DNA of 64,000 bases, from contig CAVYES010000004.1 in assembly GCA_963767735.1 (NCBI GenBank), positions 288,001 through 352,000 of the forward strand. The letters are read 5' to 3'. The stretch's first letter is position 1, and every line of letters starts with the position of its first letter. Below the pieces are notes generated by a model that was given only the letters and a program-made list of their open reading frames with translations, ran no database searches and had not been told where the DNA came from. Positions 51,226-60,894 of this stretch are shown in pieces. A program made the translations under genes and the position numbers. This DNA is from Candidatus Bathyarchaeota archaeon (lineage in GTDB: Archaea > Thermoproteota > Bathyarchaeia > Bathyarchaeales > Bathycorpusculaceae).

Positions 51226-51648
51226 GAAATGGCTTTCCAAAAAATGATGACTCGTTAATTTCCTTCATTTAACCGAGGAATCCAGTCTGGTCAATGCGCG
51301 GAGAACATCTAAAGATCGTGTAAAGACACACATTGTCTTTGTTGTGGCGAGGTCAAAGTGAAAGGATAGGTAAAGTGGCGTCTGGTCCATTGTTTACTTG
51401 GTCACCCAAAAAGCGATTATTACTGCCTGCCGTGCGGTAGCATCGTGAAGCAGAGTAAGTCTTTCGAGAAAGCTACTCTACCGTTAAATTTAGTCCTCTT
51501 CCAAATGGAAGATTACTAAGTGGCGATTTCTCCCACAACAACTAAAACCATCCTTTTTCTTTTTTGGGCTTTCGTTACAGAAACCGAATCCTTGACATTG
51601 AGTTTATCACCAAGCAGAGAGAGGGTACCCATAGTCATGGGGAAAGGT

Positions 51649-52947
51649 CTATTGAGATGGTTTAGCGGTTTTTCGATGCTTTTTATGATACAATACAGTA
51701 AGGCTTACTCCGACAGCAATTATTATTATAATTACAAGAACCGCTATCACGAATTCAGAGGAAAAAGGCTCTGGCTTGGCAACGTTAAAATCGATAGTTT
51801 TGGAAATCCCGATTATACCAAACGTGCTGTTAGCGTAAACTGAAATGCTGTGTGAGCCGTAAGCGATGTTCGGGATAGTAGTGTTGCCGTTGATTGTGAC
51901 ATTACTTTGTCCATCAAGACTGTAGCCTATCCAATCAAACGGCTTATCAACTGAGAACACTAAGGAAACGTTAGAGTTGTCATACACTTTGTGTAATGGC
52001 GACGTAACTGAAACTTTAGGCGGAATTATTTCCTGCTCATAGTTTGCAAGAAAAGACGAATTAAACGGTCGAATAAGCGGATAACGGTCTATGTTCTTTG
52101 AATCTAACACGTATGGGCTATCACTTATTCCAGTGTTGTCTATTTCTTTTCCAGTCTGTACTCCCCAATAGTTTCCACCAGCAGGAAAGCCATCATCCCA
52201 AACGTTAGCGGAATTAGGAGTGTAAGGAGTCCCACCCCAATCGCCATTACTAGCCGCCGTTCCATACACTAAATTGTCTATGATGTTGTTATGATAAATA
52301 GTGTTATTAGAAGCGTCACAAAACCAAATTCCAATGCTTCCAAGATCGTCTTGACTTGCGTTATCCACGATGTTATTATTAATAATCAAGTTTTTTTGCG
52401 TATTGTCAAAATACAGTCCAGTAGCATCATTCAAGATTAGATTTCCAGTTATAACGTTTGAACTTCCCCCTTCAACATCAATACCATGGAATCCCACACC
52501 GTTCAATTCCCAAATGCTCCAAATATTGAAAATAGTATTGTTTACAATCATAACATTTGAAGTATTGGATAACAGAATACCGTCCTCAGCACTACCATCC
52601 TCAGGGTAGCCAACATTAGCACCAAACTGATTTCCTGTAATGACAAAGCCATTTACCGTTATGTTTGAAACTTCATATAACAAAAGCCCATTGGATAAGC
52701 TAAATCCGTTTCCATTAAGTACAATGTTGCTTCTATTCACAGTTATGCTTCCGTCTATGTTACTCGTCAAATTACAGGTGTTTCCTGAAGGAGTTATTGG
52801 TGCTGATGTTGGAGTTATGGTTCCGTCAGCATTTATTGTAATATTGCCTTGATATTGAGCCTTAACAGGTTGTAGGTAGAATATGCTTGAAGCTATCAGG
52901 CACAGAAGGATCAAGCCGAATGTGATTATAGCTTTACCTTTTGCCAT
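51649..52947 (-). CDS. NosD/CASH beta-helix + Ig-like surface protein with PEPF tail
   Basis: ITINADG, LNGNG, YHNN, GNYW..DRYPL, WIGYSLDG..GSHSISVYA, PEPF-TM-KKHRK. Confidence 0.92.
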   Translation of the reverse strand: MAKGKAIITFGLILLCLIASSIFYLQPVKAQYQGNITINADGTITPTSAPITPSGNTCNLTSNIDGSITVNRSNIVLNGNGFSLSNGLLLYEVSNITVNGFVITGNQFGANVGYPEDGSAEDGILLSNTSNVMIVNNTIFNIWSIWELNGVGFHGIDVEGGSSNVITGNLILNDATGLYFDNTQKNLIINNNIVDNASQDDLGSIGIWFCDASNNTIYHNNIIDNLVYGTAASNGDWGGTPYTPNSANVWDDGFPAGGNYWGVQTGKEIDNTGISDSPYVLDSKNIDRYPLIRPFNSSFLANYEQEIIPPKVSVTSPLHKVYDNSNVSLVFSVDKPFDWIGYSLDGQSNVTINGNTTIPNIAYGSHSISVYANSTFGIIGISKTIDFNVAKPEPFSSEFVIAVLVIIIIIAVGVSLTVLYHKKHRKTAKPSQ

Positions 52948-53144
52948 AATTCTACATTCAAGTTGTTCGCAAATAAAAGCGTTCTTGTATAGATTCCTTG
53001 ACTCGGTTAAGTAAGTTTCTGGACCAAACCTAAGGTACACAGCTATTATCAGGTGGTACTTTCATTTGCAAACTTACCTCGCCAGCTAACCGCTATCAAA
53101 CATGAGGTTGATGGCGGTATCAAAGATGTTTATCCACCCTTTGT

Positions 53145-54248
53145 TGACCACAAGCGCAATCTAAAAAGTTTCTATGGGTTAATGTCTTGATTGAGAGTCT
53201 CCGCGCTTATTGAGGTCGATGTGTAGTTCCCATTTGTTGTTTGGGTAGTGAATGTATCCTCTGATGTCGTTTGGATTAGCCGCATGGTGTTGACTTCTAT
53301 GAAAGTCTGCTCAGTCATATTCGAGGTCGATGTTGATGTAAATGTAGCTAAATGCGGAGTGATAGATTGCTGAGGAATTGGTGAGTTTCCAACATAGGTC
53401 AAAGATAAGTTTAGGGGTGGAGTTGGTTCTGGGGTGATTTCTGGCAGCTGCAGTTTCATGGTTGTTGATACGTCATGGCTTACTAAGTCTACTTCAAATA
53501 CCCTGAAGGTTCCAGCAGGTACAGTTAAATCCTGGAAGCCCTTGAATGTCATCGTCAGATACCCCGTTACTTCCAAGTTTGCTGAGGATAAGTTTCCTAG
53601 CAAAGATTGTTCTGGTATAGTTATGGTGTCGCCAACTTTTACTTCGGATGCACTTAGCAATTGCTCAAGATCTTGGTTGCTGTTTAACCCGTTAGAAGGA
53701 AGCTCTGCAGTTGTGTTTAGGAAGTTTAAGAATCTCTCTTCGTAGCCTGTTTTATTGATTTCTTCAGTTGTAGAGAAGCTGATGGGTCTGGTTAGGGGCA
53801 GGCTGGTTAAACCTTCAAAGGATAAAGTGACTGTATCATTAATCGTGTATGTTTGGCCGTCAAAGCTTAGTACGTCCATGATTTCTTGTCCAGTGCTGGT
53901 TGTGGTGCTGTTTTTTGGTTGCAAGTTACTGCCGCTTGGTAAATTCAATGACGTTGTAGTATCTGTGGTGTTGTAGATCATTTTTTCGCCGACGTTGTAG
54001 TTGACGTTTAACTGTATAGTTGCAGATCCCGCAGGGAGCAAAAGCGCAATAATCACGACTATGATTGCTGTCGCGGCGACTAGAGGGATAAAGAGTTTTT
54101 TGTTGAAACGTTTCTTGGTTTTAGCAGGCAGCTCCGAATGTTCTTGCGGCGTTGGTATTCCTGATTGGGTTGCGTATGAATATTGAAACATTTTAGTGCC
54201 CCAAATTCTATTTGGATGCTTTCTGCTTATAAGGTTTTAAATCAGCAA
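53145..54248 (-). repeat. 1.1 kb inverted duplication, copy B
   Basis: Reverse complement matches 35814-36918 including flanks. Confidence 0.9.
53172..54191 (-). CDS. Membrane-anchored exported protein (copy B)
   Basis: Near-identical to 35869-36891. Confidence 0.88.
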   Translation of the reverse strand: MFQYSYATQSGIPTPQEHSELPAKTKKRFNKKLFIPLVAATAIIVVIIALLLPAGSATIQLNVNYNVGEKMIYNTTDTTTSLNLPSGSNLQPKNSTTTSTGQEIMDVLSFDGQTYTINDTVTLSFEGLTSLPLTRPISFSTTEEINKTGYEERFLNFLNTTAELPSNGLNSNQDLEQLLSASEVKVGDTITIPEQSLLGNLSSANLEVTGYLTMTFKGFQDLTVPAGTFRVFEVDLVSHDVSTTMKLQLPEITPEPTPPLNLSLTYVGNSPIPQQSITPHLATFTSTSTSNMTEQTFIEVNTMRLIQTTSEDTFTTQTTNGNYTSTSISAETLNQDINP

Positions 54249-54436
54249 AACGGATCTAAGGCTCGGAAAACTATGCCTCATAAAACCAGGCGAGAAAGGT
54301 TAAACAAGAAGCGTTCTAAGCAGGTTTATCCGCAAAGTCGGAGAAACCCGCCTCAATTGATAACAAACAAAACTCATAACAGTCAATAAGAAAAAATCAT
54401 ATATCTCTACGACAATTCATCACCAAGAGTCGACTA

Positions 54437-55570
54437 ATGTACCGAACTGGTGTAGCTAACCTGCCACTTCACGGTGGAAAAGCACCTTCATGGCTTACTG
54501 TGCGCATGCGTAAGTTAGCCAAAGAAATAGCAGACATCATGATTGAGGAGCAGGGCACAGCCAAGTTTATCAAGCGCCTATCTGACCCGTATTGGTTTCA
54601 AGCGTTCGGCTGCGTCTTAGCCTACGACTGGCACAGCTCTGGAGTAACGACCGTGGTCACAGGCATCCTCAAAGGCGCATTGTCACCGGAAGAGCACGGC
54701 ATCGCTGTTTGCGGAGGAAAAGGCAAAACCTCACAGAAAACACCCAGCGACATCGCTTGGGCTGGCGCAAAGTTCGGTTTTTCTGAAGAAACAATCAAAA
54801 CGCTCACTTACAACAGCAAAATGGCTGGGAAAATAGACAACACCGCCATCCAAGCGGGATACCAGCTCTATCACCACGCTTTCTTGGTAACTAAAGATGA
54901 GAAGTGGGCAGTGATTCAGCAGGGCATGAGCGCGGAAGACCGGTCAGCGAGGCGTTACCATTGGTTATCTGACAACGTAGTTGACTTTGTTGTTGAACCA
55001 CAAAACGCCATCGTCGGAAACGTGAAACGGGAAACTGCCTTGAACATGGTGGCAAAAGACAGCGAAGCCGCCCGGAAAGCCTCAGTCGATTTAGCAAAGG
55101 AGCCCACCCGCAAACTCATGAATCTCATCAAGTCCACGGCAAAACCGCCAAACCAAACGTCCCTGCAAAATTGGCTACCCAAAACCAGCGATCCGTGGCG
55201 GCAAACCCTAACCAGCCTCAACATGCCCCGAAACATAAACTGGGACACACTAAGCCGAGTCTACGAATTCCAACCTAACAACTACGAGGAACTCTTAAGC
55301 GTAAAAGGCGTAGGACCCGCCACAGTCCGCGGCTTAGCTCTGGTAGCCGAACTGGTTTACGGCGAGAAACCCAGTTGGGAAGACCCAGTGAAATTCAGTT
55401 TCGCCTATGGGGGCAAAGACGGCGTTCCCTATCCTGTTGACCGCAAAGCATTGGATGAATCAATCGAAATCCTCAAACAATCAGTGCAGGAAGCCAAAAT
55501 CGGCGACAAAGAAAAACTGCAGTCCCTCCAAAGCCTAAGGCGGTTTGTTCCAGAGAACGCAAACTCTTAA
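54437..55570 (+). CDS. DUF763 domain-containing protein
   Basis: RTGVANLPLHGGKAP, DWHSSGVTT, GYQLYHH, HhH KGVGPATVR, FSFAYGGKDG. Confidence 0.92.
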   Translation: MYRTGVANLPLHGGKAPSWLTVRMRKLAKEIADIMIEEQGTAKFIKRLSDPYWFQAFGCVLAYDWHSSGVTTVVTGILKGALSPEEHGIAVCGGKGKTSQKTPSDIAWAGAKFGFSEETIKTLTYNSKMAGKIDNTAIQAGYQLYHHAFLVTKDEKWAVIQQGMSAEDRSARRYHWLSDNVVDFVVEPQNAIVGNVKRETALNMVAKDSEAARKASVDLAKEPTRKLMNLIKSTAKPPNQTSLQNWLPKTSDPWRQTLTSLNMPRNINWDTLSRVYEFQPNNYEELLSVKGVGPATVRGLALVAELVYGEKPSWEDPVKFSFAYGGKDGVPYPVDRKALDESIEILKQSVQEAKIGDKEKLQSLQSLRRFVPENANS

Positions 55571-55644
55571 AACAAGCTTTTTCTTTGAAACGAATATATT
55601 TTTATTGTTGCTGTTTCACTTATTTGCTTCGACTAGACCACGGT

Positions 55645-55817
55645 GGGGTCGTAGTCTAGACAGGTATGACGACGGGCTCCAGAAGCAAGCAACGGGTTTG
55701 CTGACCTCGCCCAGAGGAATGACGAAGTTCTGGAGCGTGTCTAGAGAAACCCGTAAAGGACCGCTTTGTGCGGTTCTTGGGTAAAGGTCGTCGGTTCAAA
55801 TCCGGCCGGCCCCACCA
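55645..55817 (+). tRNA. tRNA-Trp(CCA) with two introns: 37/38 (55683-55748) and 43/44 (55755-55784); CCA encoded
   Basis: Acceptor GGGGTCG/CGGCCCC; anticodon stem ACGGG/CCCGT; CCA at 55679-55681; T-arm GTCGG-TTCAAAT-CCGGC; BHB-like junctions at both introns. Confidence 0.93.
55683..55748 (+). ncRNA. Intron-encoded box C/D-type guide RNA
   Basis: ACGGGTTT-G-CTGA, CCTC/GAGG stem, ATGACGA, TTCTGGAGC. Both guides are complementary to the pre-tRNA. Confidence 0.75.
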
Positions 55818-56495
55818 AATTAACATAAAAAAAACTATGGCCACGTGACACGTTGGCGGGGGGTCAGCTTAATTTTAGCTCATTTCGTATATGGATAATT
55901 TTTCTGGTCCATGCATTTCCGGAGAGCGTTTAAATCTTACAGACACCGAAAAACACAAGAGAAAGGCTTTATCAAAGGCGGGCTCAATTAACAAATCGAA
56001 TCCTTGATGCGTCAAATTTTGAGATACCTCAAGACGTTCTTACTTGCGCTATCTACTCAGATTAAATTTAGGGTTTCTTCTGCCTCGTTATGTGTCATAC
56101 TCACAAGCTGCACTCCCAACTTTTGGGTGAAGGGGGCGAAGACTGAAAATAGCATAGGGAGCTAACGCTCGCCCAAATATCTGGCGCAGTAGATATAGCT
56201 TCAACCTTAAAAAACTACCTCTTTGGTTAGTTACCCTCTGCTCGCCGTATCTATGATTGACGATGTAGAAAAGAAAAAGAGCGTGCGGATTCTTTCTTGC
56301 AGGTTTAACTATTTTTCGCTACTGAGCCGTGTTTGCACCCGCGCGCCAGTATTAATTTTTTTTCCTATTCCATCTGCGGTTACCAGGTGGTCCTATAAAA
56401 AAATAACCTATTAACATAATAGCAATGGTTACAACGATAATTATCACAGCTGTTACTTCAGTCGTTACTCTCACCTCCATTTTTAGTGTCTAAGT

Positions 56496-56699
56496 CTAAA
56501 TACTTCGACTTAGTGCAGCGTAATTTTTTTCGGCGTTTATTACCTCAACCTGGAACTTTTTTGGCAATGACGAAAAGTATGATTTATTAACGCCTTTTTC
56601 GCCATCCACTTCTATGGCGGTGTATTTTAGAAGAGGGTTCACATTAACAATAATGGTGTGTTTTTCAGTCTCTCCTATTTCAAACTTGGCTTTTGTCAT
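56496..56699 (-). CDS. Small hypothetical protein, possibly truncated
   Basis: KFEIGETEKHTI..IEVDGEK; GGAGG SD; follows the permease. Confidence 0.5.
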   Translation of the reverse strand: MTKAKFEIGETEKHTIIVNVNPLLKYTAIEVDGEKGVNKSYFSSLPKKFQVEVINAEKNYAALSRSI

Positions 56700-56727
56700 T
56701 TTTTTGAACCTCCCTTCTCTAACTTCG

Positions 56728-57471
56728 CTACTTCCACTTTGTTAGTATTTCCTCCCTTCGGAAAGTTGCTGTGCTAACATAGAACAGCGCTACATCAACT
56801 GCTAAAAGTATACCTGAGATTATAAGCAGGCTGTTTACGTCAAGGGTTATTATGCTTGTCTCACTGGCAAGGTATATGCCCAGGAGGGGGAAGAGGATAA
56901 AAACTCCAAAACTGCTAGCGCTGCGCACATCATTAACTCTCGAAGAAACAATCACACTGAACAAAACGCTCATTACAATGGCAACCGGCATCAGAACCAG
57001 GAGCAAAGTGGCGATGTTCCAGTTTGGAAAATAATAGTAGCCAAGCGTACTGAAAGTAGCCTCATCAATGCCCACCATGAAGACTGCTGCAGCCGCATAC
57101 ATTGCTACTAAAGTTGGAATAACTGCGGAGATGGCTTTTCCAAGCAATATTTCTCCATCAGTAAGGGGCGTTGCTAGAAGCGGTTCCAGGCTTTTCTCCA
57201 CTTTCTCCCCCACTATGCTGTAGGAGGCAATCCCTAAGGGAACGTACGCTGCTCCTATAACTAAAAAGAAGGAAAAGGAGGTGAGCAAATTTGGAAGCAC
57301 GGCCGGCGCTGCGAGTCCATGACTGCCCCTTGCTTTTACATACTCCAGTATCACCGGAAACAGTACAGAGATGACAACGGGGAAGACGATGATTGAAACC
57401 CAGACGTTTTTTACTCGCCTAAATATTTTGAAGTCCCTGGCTGCTATAATCCACGCCTTTGAGAGTCTCAT
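56728..57471 (-). CDS. ABC-2 type transporter permease
   Basis: SIVGEKVEKSLEPLLATPL..ILLGK; 6 TM. Confidence 0.93.
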   Translation of the reverse strand: MRLSKAWIIAARDFKIFRRVKNVWVSIIVFPVVISVLFPVILEYVKARGSHGLAAPAVLPNLLTSFSFFLVIGAAYVPLGIASYSIVGEKVEKSLEPLLATPLTDGEILLGKAISAVIPTLVAMYAAAAVFMVGIDEATFSTLGYYYFPNWNIATLLLVLMPVAIVMSVLFSVIVSSRVNDVRSASSFGVFILFPLLGIYLASETSIITLDVNSLLIISGILLAVDVALFYVSTATFRREEILTKWK

Positions 57472-57473
57472 AT

Positions 57474-58391
57474 TTATTTCCTCACAAGTTTTAGATAGGT
57501 ATCTTCTAAAGTTGAGCCCACCACATTGATTGATCGGACATGACCGCCCGACAGCACTATAGCTTCTATAACAGGTGAGTTTTCCTTGTCTGGGTTTTCC
57601 ACGTCAAATGTTATCGTGTCGCCGCTGGTGGACAGGTTTTTGAGCGCCAGTTTTTTCAGTGCCGCCAAAACGGCATCGTTTACTTGCTGTTCCAATCCGA
57701 TAACTGTCTTCTTACCGCTAACGGACCTTTCAAGTTCTTGCGGAGTACCAATTGCCCTAAGACTCGTATTCATTATTGCTACCCTGTCGCAGATTCTCTG
57801 CGCCTCGTCGAGATTGTGAGTGTTCAGGAAGATTGTCTTCTTCTCTTTTTTTAGTTGAAGAATGAAATCTCGGACTGTTTTCGCAGCCTCAGGATCTAAA
57901 TTTGCAGTAGGCTCGTCCATGAAAAGGACCTGCGGGTCATGAATTAGCGCCCTGGCTATAGCGAGTTTTTGTTTCATGCCCTTGGAAAAGGTCCCTGCTA
58001 AATCGTTTCTCTTATCCCAAAGCCCAAGCATCTCAAGAAAACGCTTATTGTTCTCTTTTCTTTGTGCTTCCGAGCAGTCGTATATTTTTCCGTAAAAATC
58101 TATGTTGTCGTAGGCGGTCAGATTTTCAGATAACCCAACGTTGTCAGGAACTAATCCGATGATTTTGCGGATTTTAATTGAGTCTTCCTTTTTTCCTATG
58201 TCGTAGCCGCCTATGTTTGCGCTCCCACTAGTTTTTGATATTAGGCAGCAAAGCATTCTGACAGTTGTTGTTTTTCCTGCGCCATTCGGGCCCAGAAAAC
58301 CGAAGACTTCACCGTCGTTAACCTGAAGAGTAAGATTGTCTATCGCTGTTAGATCCCCAAACTTTTTTGTAAGGCCCTCAGTATCTATCAA
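57474..58391 (-). CDS. ABC transporter ATP-binding protein
   Basis: GPNGAGKTT, FSKGMKQ, FMDEPT, H-loop. Confidence 0.96.
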   Translation of the reverse strand: MIDTEGLTKKFGDLTAIDNLTLQVNDGEVFGFLGPNGAGKTTTVRMLCCLISKTSGSANIGGYDIGKKEDSIKIRKIIGLVPDNVGLSENLTAYDNIDFYGKIYDCSEAQRKENNKRFLEMLGLWDKRNDLAGTFSKGMKQKLAIARALIHDPQVLFMDEPTANLDPEAAKTVRDFILQLKKEKKTIFLNTHNLDEAQRICDRVAIMNTSLRAIGTPQELERSVSGKKTVIGLEQQVNDAVLAALKKLALKNLSTSGDTITFDVENPDKENSPVIEAIVLSGGHVRSINVVGSTLEDTYLKLVRK

Positions 58392-58467
58392 TGCGATTAC
58401 CCTTTGGACTAAACGTTGCCCATTGTTTGTTAGTAAGGGACTAGTGTTTTATAAATAACGTTCCACA

Positions 58468-58484
58468 GGTACAAAATTTGTACC
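58468..58484. promoter_or_regulatory. Palindromic operator between divergent ABC and regulator operons
   Basis: GGTACAAA-A-TTTGTACC. Confidence 0.65.
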
Positions 58485-58543
58485 AGGAAGATAAAAGTCA
58501 AAAGAGCCGTAGCACTCAGATAATGAAATTAAGGAGCTAAAGC

Positions 58544-59215
58544 ATGGTCGAGGACGTTTCACCAGAACAAATTAAGCGGGTCGCAGAAAAAGCCCTAGTT
58601 ATAGAACAATACATACTAGAGAGGGCTTGGGGACTCTGTTATGCTGCAGTCGCCGCTGAAATTGTCCTCATACCTTTTCTGCCCTTGATTATCCTATTCC
58701 TTGGGCTTTCACCTGGCTATTTTCTTGTTGTTGCGATCGTGGTTAACACAGCGGTGAGCATTGTAGGCGCTGCCATGATTGCTTGGATTTTCAAGAAGGC
58801 TTATAACTCCATGCTTGTACGCAGAGAAATTGTGGATTCAATATGGACAAAATTGCTGAGACCTTTGTGGATAGTATTAGTTTGGACGGCCTACTATTTG
58901 CCGATTCTTGCCGCAATTTTCTTGCTGCGCCACGACTTTTTGGTTTTTAGATTCGGACTTTTGGCTACAACAGTGATTCCTCTGTTCTTTGTCCTTAAAG
59001 GTTCGTTCCCTGAGCGGCTACCACGAGAAAGTGTAGCCGTTGTGTCGGCATTAACTATTTACACGTTAGGGGGTTTTGTTGTTGCTCTCCTAAAAGCCAA
59101 TGCGGGCTTTTACCTGATTCTTTGGGTAATCTTTCTTGTCGTTCTTATCTTAGCTTCTGCACATGCCCGCAAACGGAAACCTCCCATCTCTCTGGAGGAT
59201 TCCCCAAATTGGTAA
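58544..59215 (+). CDS. 6-TM membrane protein
   Basis: Hydrophobic; overlaps the regulator start. Confidence 0.8.
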   Translation: MVEDVSPEQIKRVAEKALVIEQYILERAWGLCYAAVAAEIVLIPFLPLIILFLGLSPGYFLVVAIVVNTAVSIVGAAMIAWIFKKAYNSMLVRREIVDSIWTKLLRPLWIVLVWTAYYLPILAAIFLLRHDFLVFRFGLLATTVIPLFFVLKGSFPERLPRESVAVVSALTIYTLGGFVVALLKANAGFYLILWVIFLVVLILASAHARKRKPPISLEDSPNW

Positions 59216-59550
59216 CTGACGACCAACCTAACTCCAAAACCCCTAGCGAAGAAGCAATTAAATCTTTAAGCGAGCAACTAGGCGACCCCACATTCAAATC
59301 ATCAACCAGAATACTGATTTTGATTCTGCTTGCCATGAACAAGAAGTTGACTTCTGTGGAGTTGCGTTCTTTCGTAGGGTTGGGAAAGGGCAGTTTAGAG
59401 AATCACTTGGCAAAGATGGAAGCTTCCGGTCTGATCAGAGTCCGCTCTGTTAATTCGTGGGGCGGCGTACATCAGGTAGTGGAGATAACTGAGAAGGGGT
59501 TGGAAGATTGCAGGTCGCTACTTAGAAAAATTCACAGCTTGAATGTATAA
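59209..59550 (+). CDS. Winged-helix (MarR/HTH_34-like) regulator
   Basis: RILILILL..ELRSFVGLGKGSLENHLAKMEASGLI..EITEKG; TTG 59209 is the likely start. Confidence 0.88.
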   Translation: MVTDDQPNSKTPSEEAIKSLSEQLGDPTFKSSTRILILILLAMNKKLTSVELRSFVGLGKGSLENHLAKMEASGLIRVRSVNSWGGVHQVVEITEKGLEDCRSLLRKIHSLNV

Positions 59551-59661
59551 TAATGGAATGTCAAAAAATGGTTTAATCCATATTCATTACTAAAACGAGC
59601 AACAAGATTCCAATGAGGCGACCATATAAGTATAAATTGAGAAAAATCCAACTTTGATGGT

Positions 59662-60867
59662 CTATGCAACGGGCTTCCACCTTCTCATATTTAGTATCGA
59701 GCCAACCGTTGTCACTATATTAGTGAGGATAATCACGTAGGTTACGATGTTTAGGAAGGTGTCTGCCAGCGGCAACTGGAGGCTTACGGCGAGGACAGCG
59801 AGTGTGGCAGGGGTCAAGCCCATAGCACATGTAAACAAAATCTGCCTTCTTTCGTTGTTTAGTCCAGATTTGAAAGTTGAGATTTTCACCGCTGCAAATC
59901 TTGTTGCGAGAAGCATGACAAGAATCAGAAGACCTATCGACAGGTTGCTGACGACCAGGGCGGGGGTTATTACGAAGGTCAATCCGAGAAAGACAAAGAA
60001 CAAAGTTTCCAGAAAAAACGAAATTTCTCCTTGAAACATTTCAAGCTGTTTCTCGACAGGATCCATGTTTATTTGTCTTCTGAAAAGTTTATTCAAGAGG
60101 CGGTAGTTTCCAAGAATTATGCCGAAGATTAGGACAGCAAGAATGCCGTTGCCCCCAAGAAAAGTGCTCAAGGTGTAAGTGATCAGGACGAAACCTAAAG
60201 TTAAAACGTAAGTCAATTTCTGTTTTTGGAAACGATCCAACAGGAAAATCCAGGGCAAACTGAGGACAACTCCAGCAGCTATCCCGATTAGAAACTGCTG
60301 TGATATGCCAAAAACGATGGATAGCCATTCAATCCCAGCGCTGTGATAAATGCCTACAAAAGCAAAGAAAAACACAACGGACAAAATCGAGTTCATCGCA
60401 GACTCCATTGTAAGAAACGCAACGGCTCCCTCTGAAAGCTTCATAGCTCTTGAGAGAGGCACAACGACTGCAGCCGTAGTTTCTCCCCCAATGATTGAAG
60501 CGAGGATGAATGATGATAGAACATTCCATTTCAAGATGAAAATTCCAATAAGACCTATTAACACCATGCTCAACCCAACGTAGATTACTGTCTGAAGGAA
60601 AGCTCTGCCTCCGTTTGCAAGAACTAAACCAAAATTTAAGCCCAACCCGCCGTAAAAGAGAACCATAAACAAGGTAAATTCTGCAAAAATGGCAAGTTCC
60701 GGAATTAGCGCTTCTCTTGGAAAAAGATTCAGGACTGGGCCAAGAATGATGCCAGTCAGTATGAGAAAAATGTAAATGGGTATACCGGTTTTCTTGAAGA
60801 ATAATTCACCTGCGAAACCAATGACTATGATTCCCGCAACCAATGCAAAAATAGCGGATACATCCAT
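59662..60867 (-). CDS. Cation:proton antiporter (NhaP/CPA1)
   Basis: GIILGP, LFYGGL, ESAMN, GGNGILA, FFVFLG. Confidence 0.93.
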   Translation of the reverse strand: MDVSAIFALVAGIIVIGFAGELFFKKTGIPIYIFLILTGIILGPVLNLFPREALIPELAIFAEFTLFMVLFYGGLGLNFGLVLANGGRAFLQTVIYVGLSMVLIGLIGIFILKWNVLSSFILASIIGGETTAAVVVPLSRAMKLSEGAVAFLTMESAMNSILSVVFFFAFVGIYHSAGIEWLSIVFGISQQFLIGIAAGVVLSLPWIFLLDRFQKQKLTYVLTLGFVLITYTLSTFLGGNGILAVLIFGIILGNYRLLNKLFRRQINMDPVEKQLEMFQGEISFFLETLFFVFLGLTFVITPALVVSNLSIGLLILVMLLATRFAAVKISTFKSGLNNERRQILFTCAMGLTPATLAVLAVSLQLPLADTFLNIVTYVIILTNIVTTVGSILNMRRWKPVA

Positions 60868-60894
60868 CTTTTCTTACCTTCCGTCTTCAAGGGG

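Noticed and set aside
51290-51520. Cys-rich fragments (HCLCCG, YYCLPCG)
   Set aside because: Interrupted by stops with no start; too degraded to call.
14600-54300. Classical integron or diversity-generating retroelement
   Set aside because: No IntI, attC-like GTTRRRY/RYYYAAC hairpins, reverse transcriptase or adenine-specific TR/VR pair was recognised, and genes lie on both strands.
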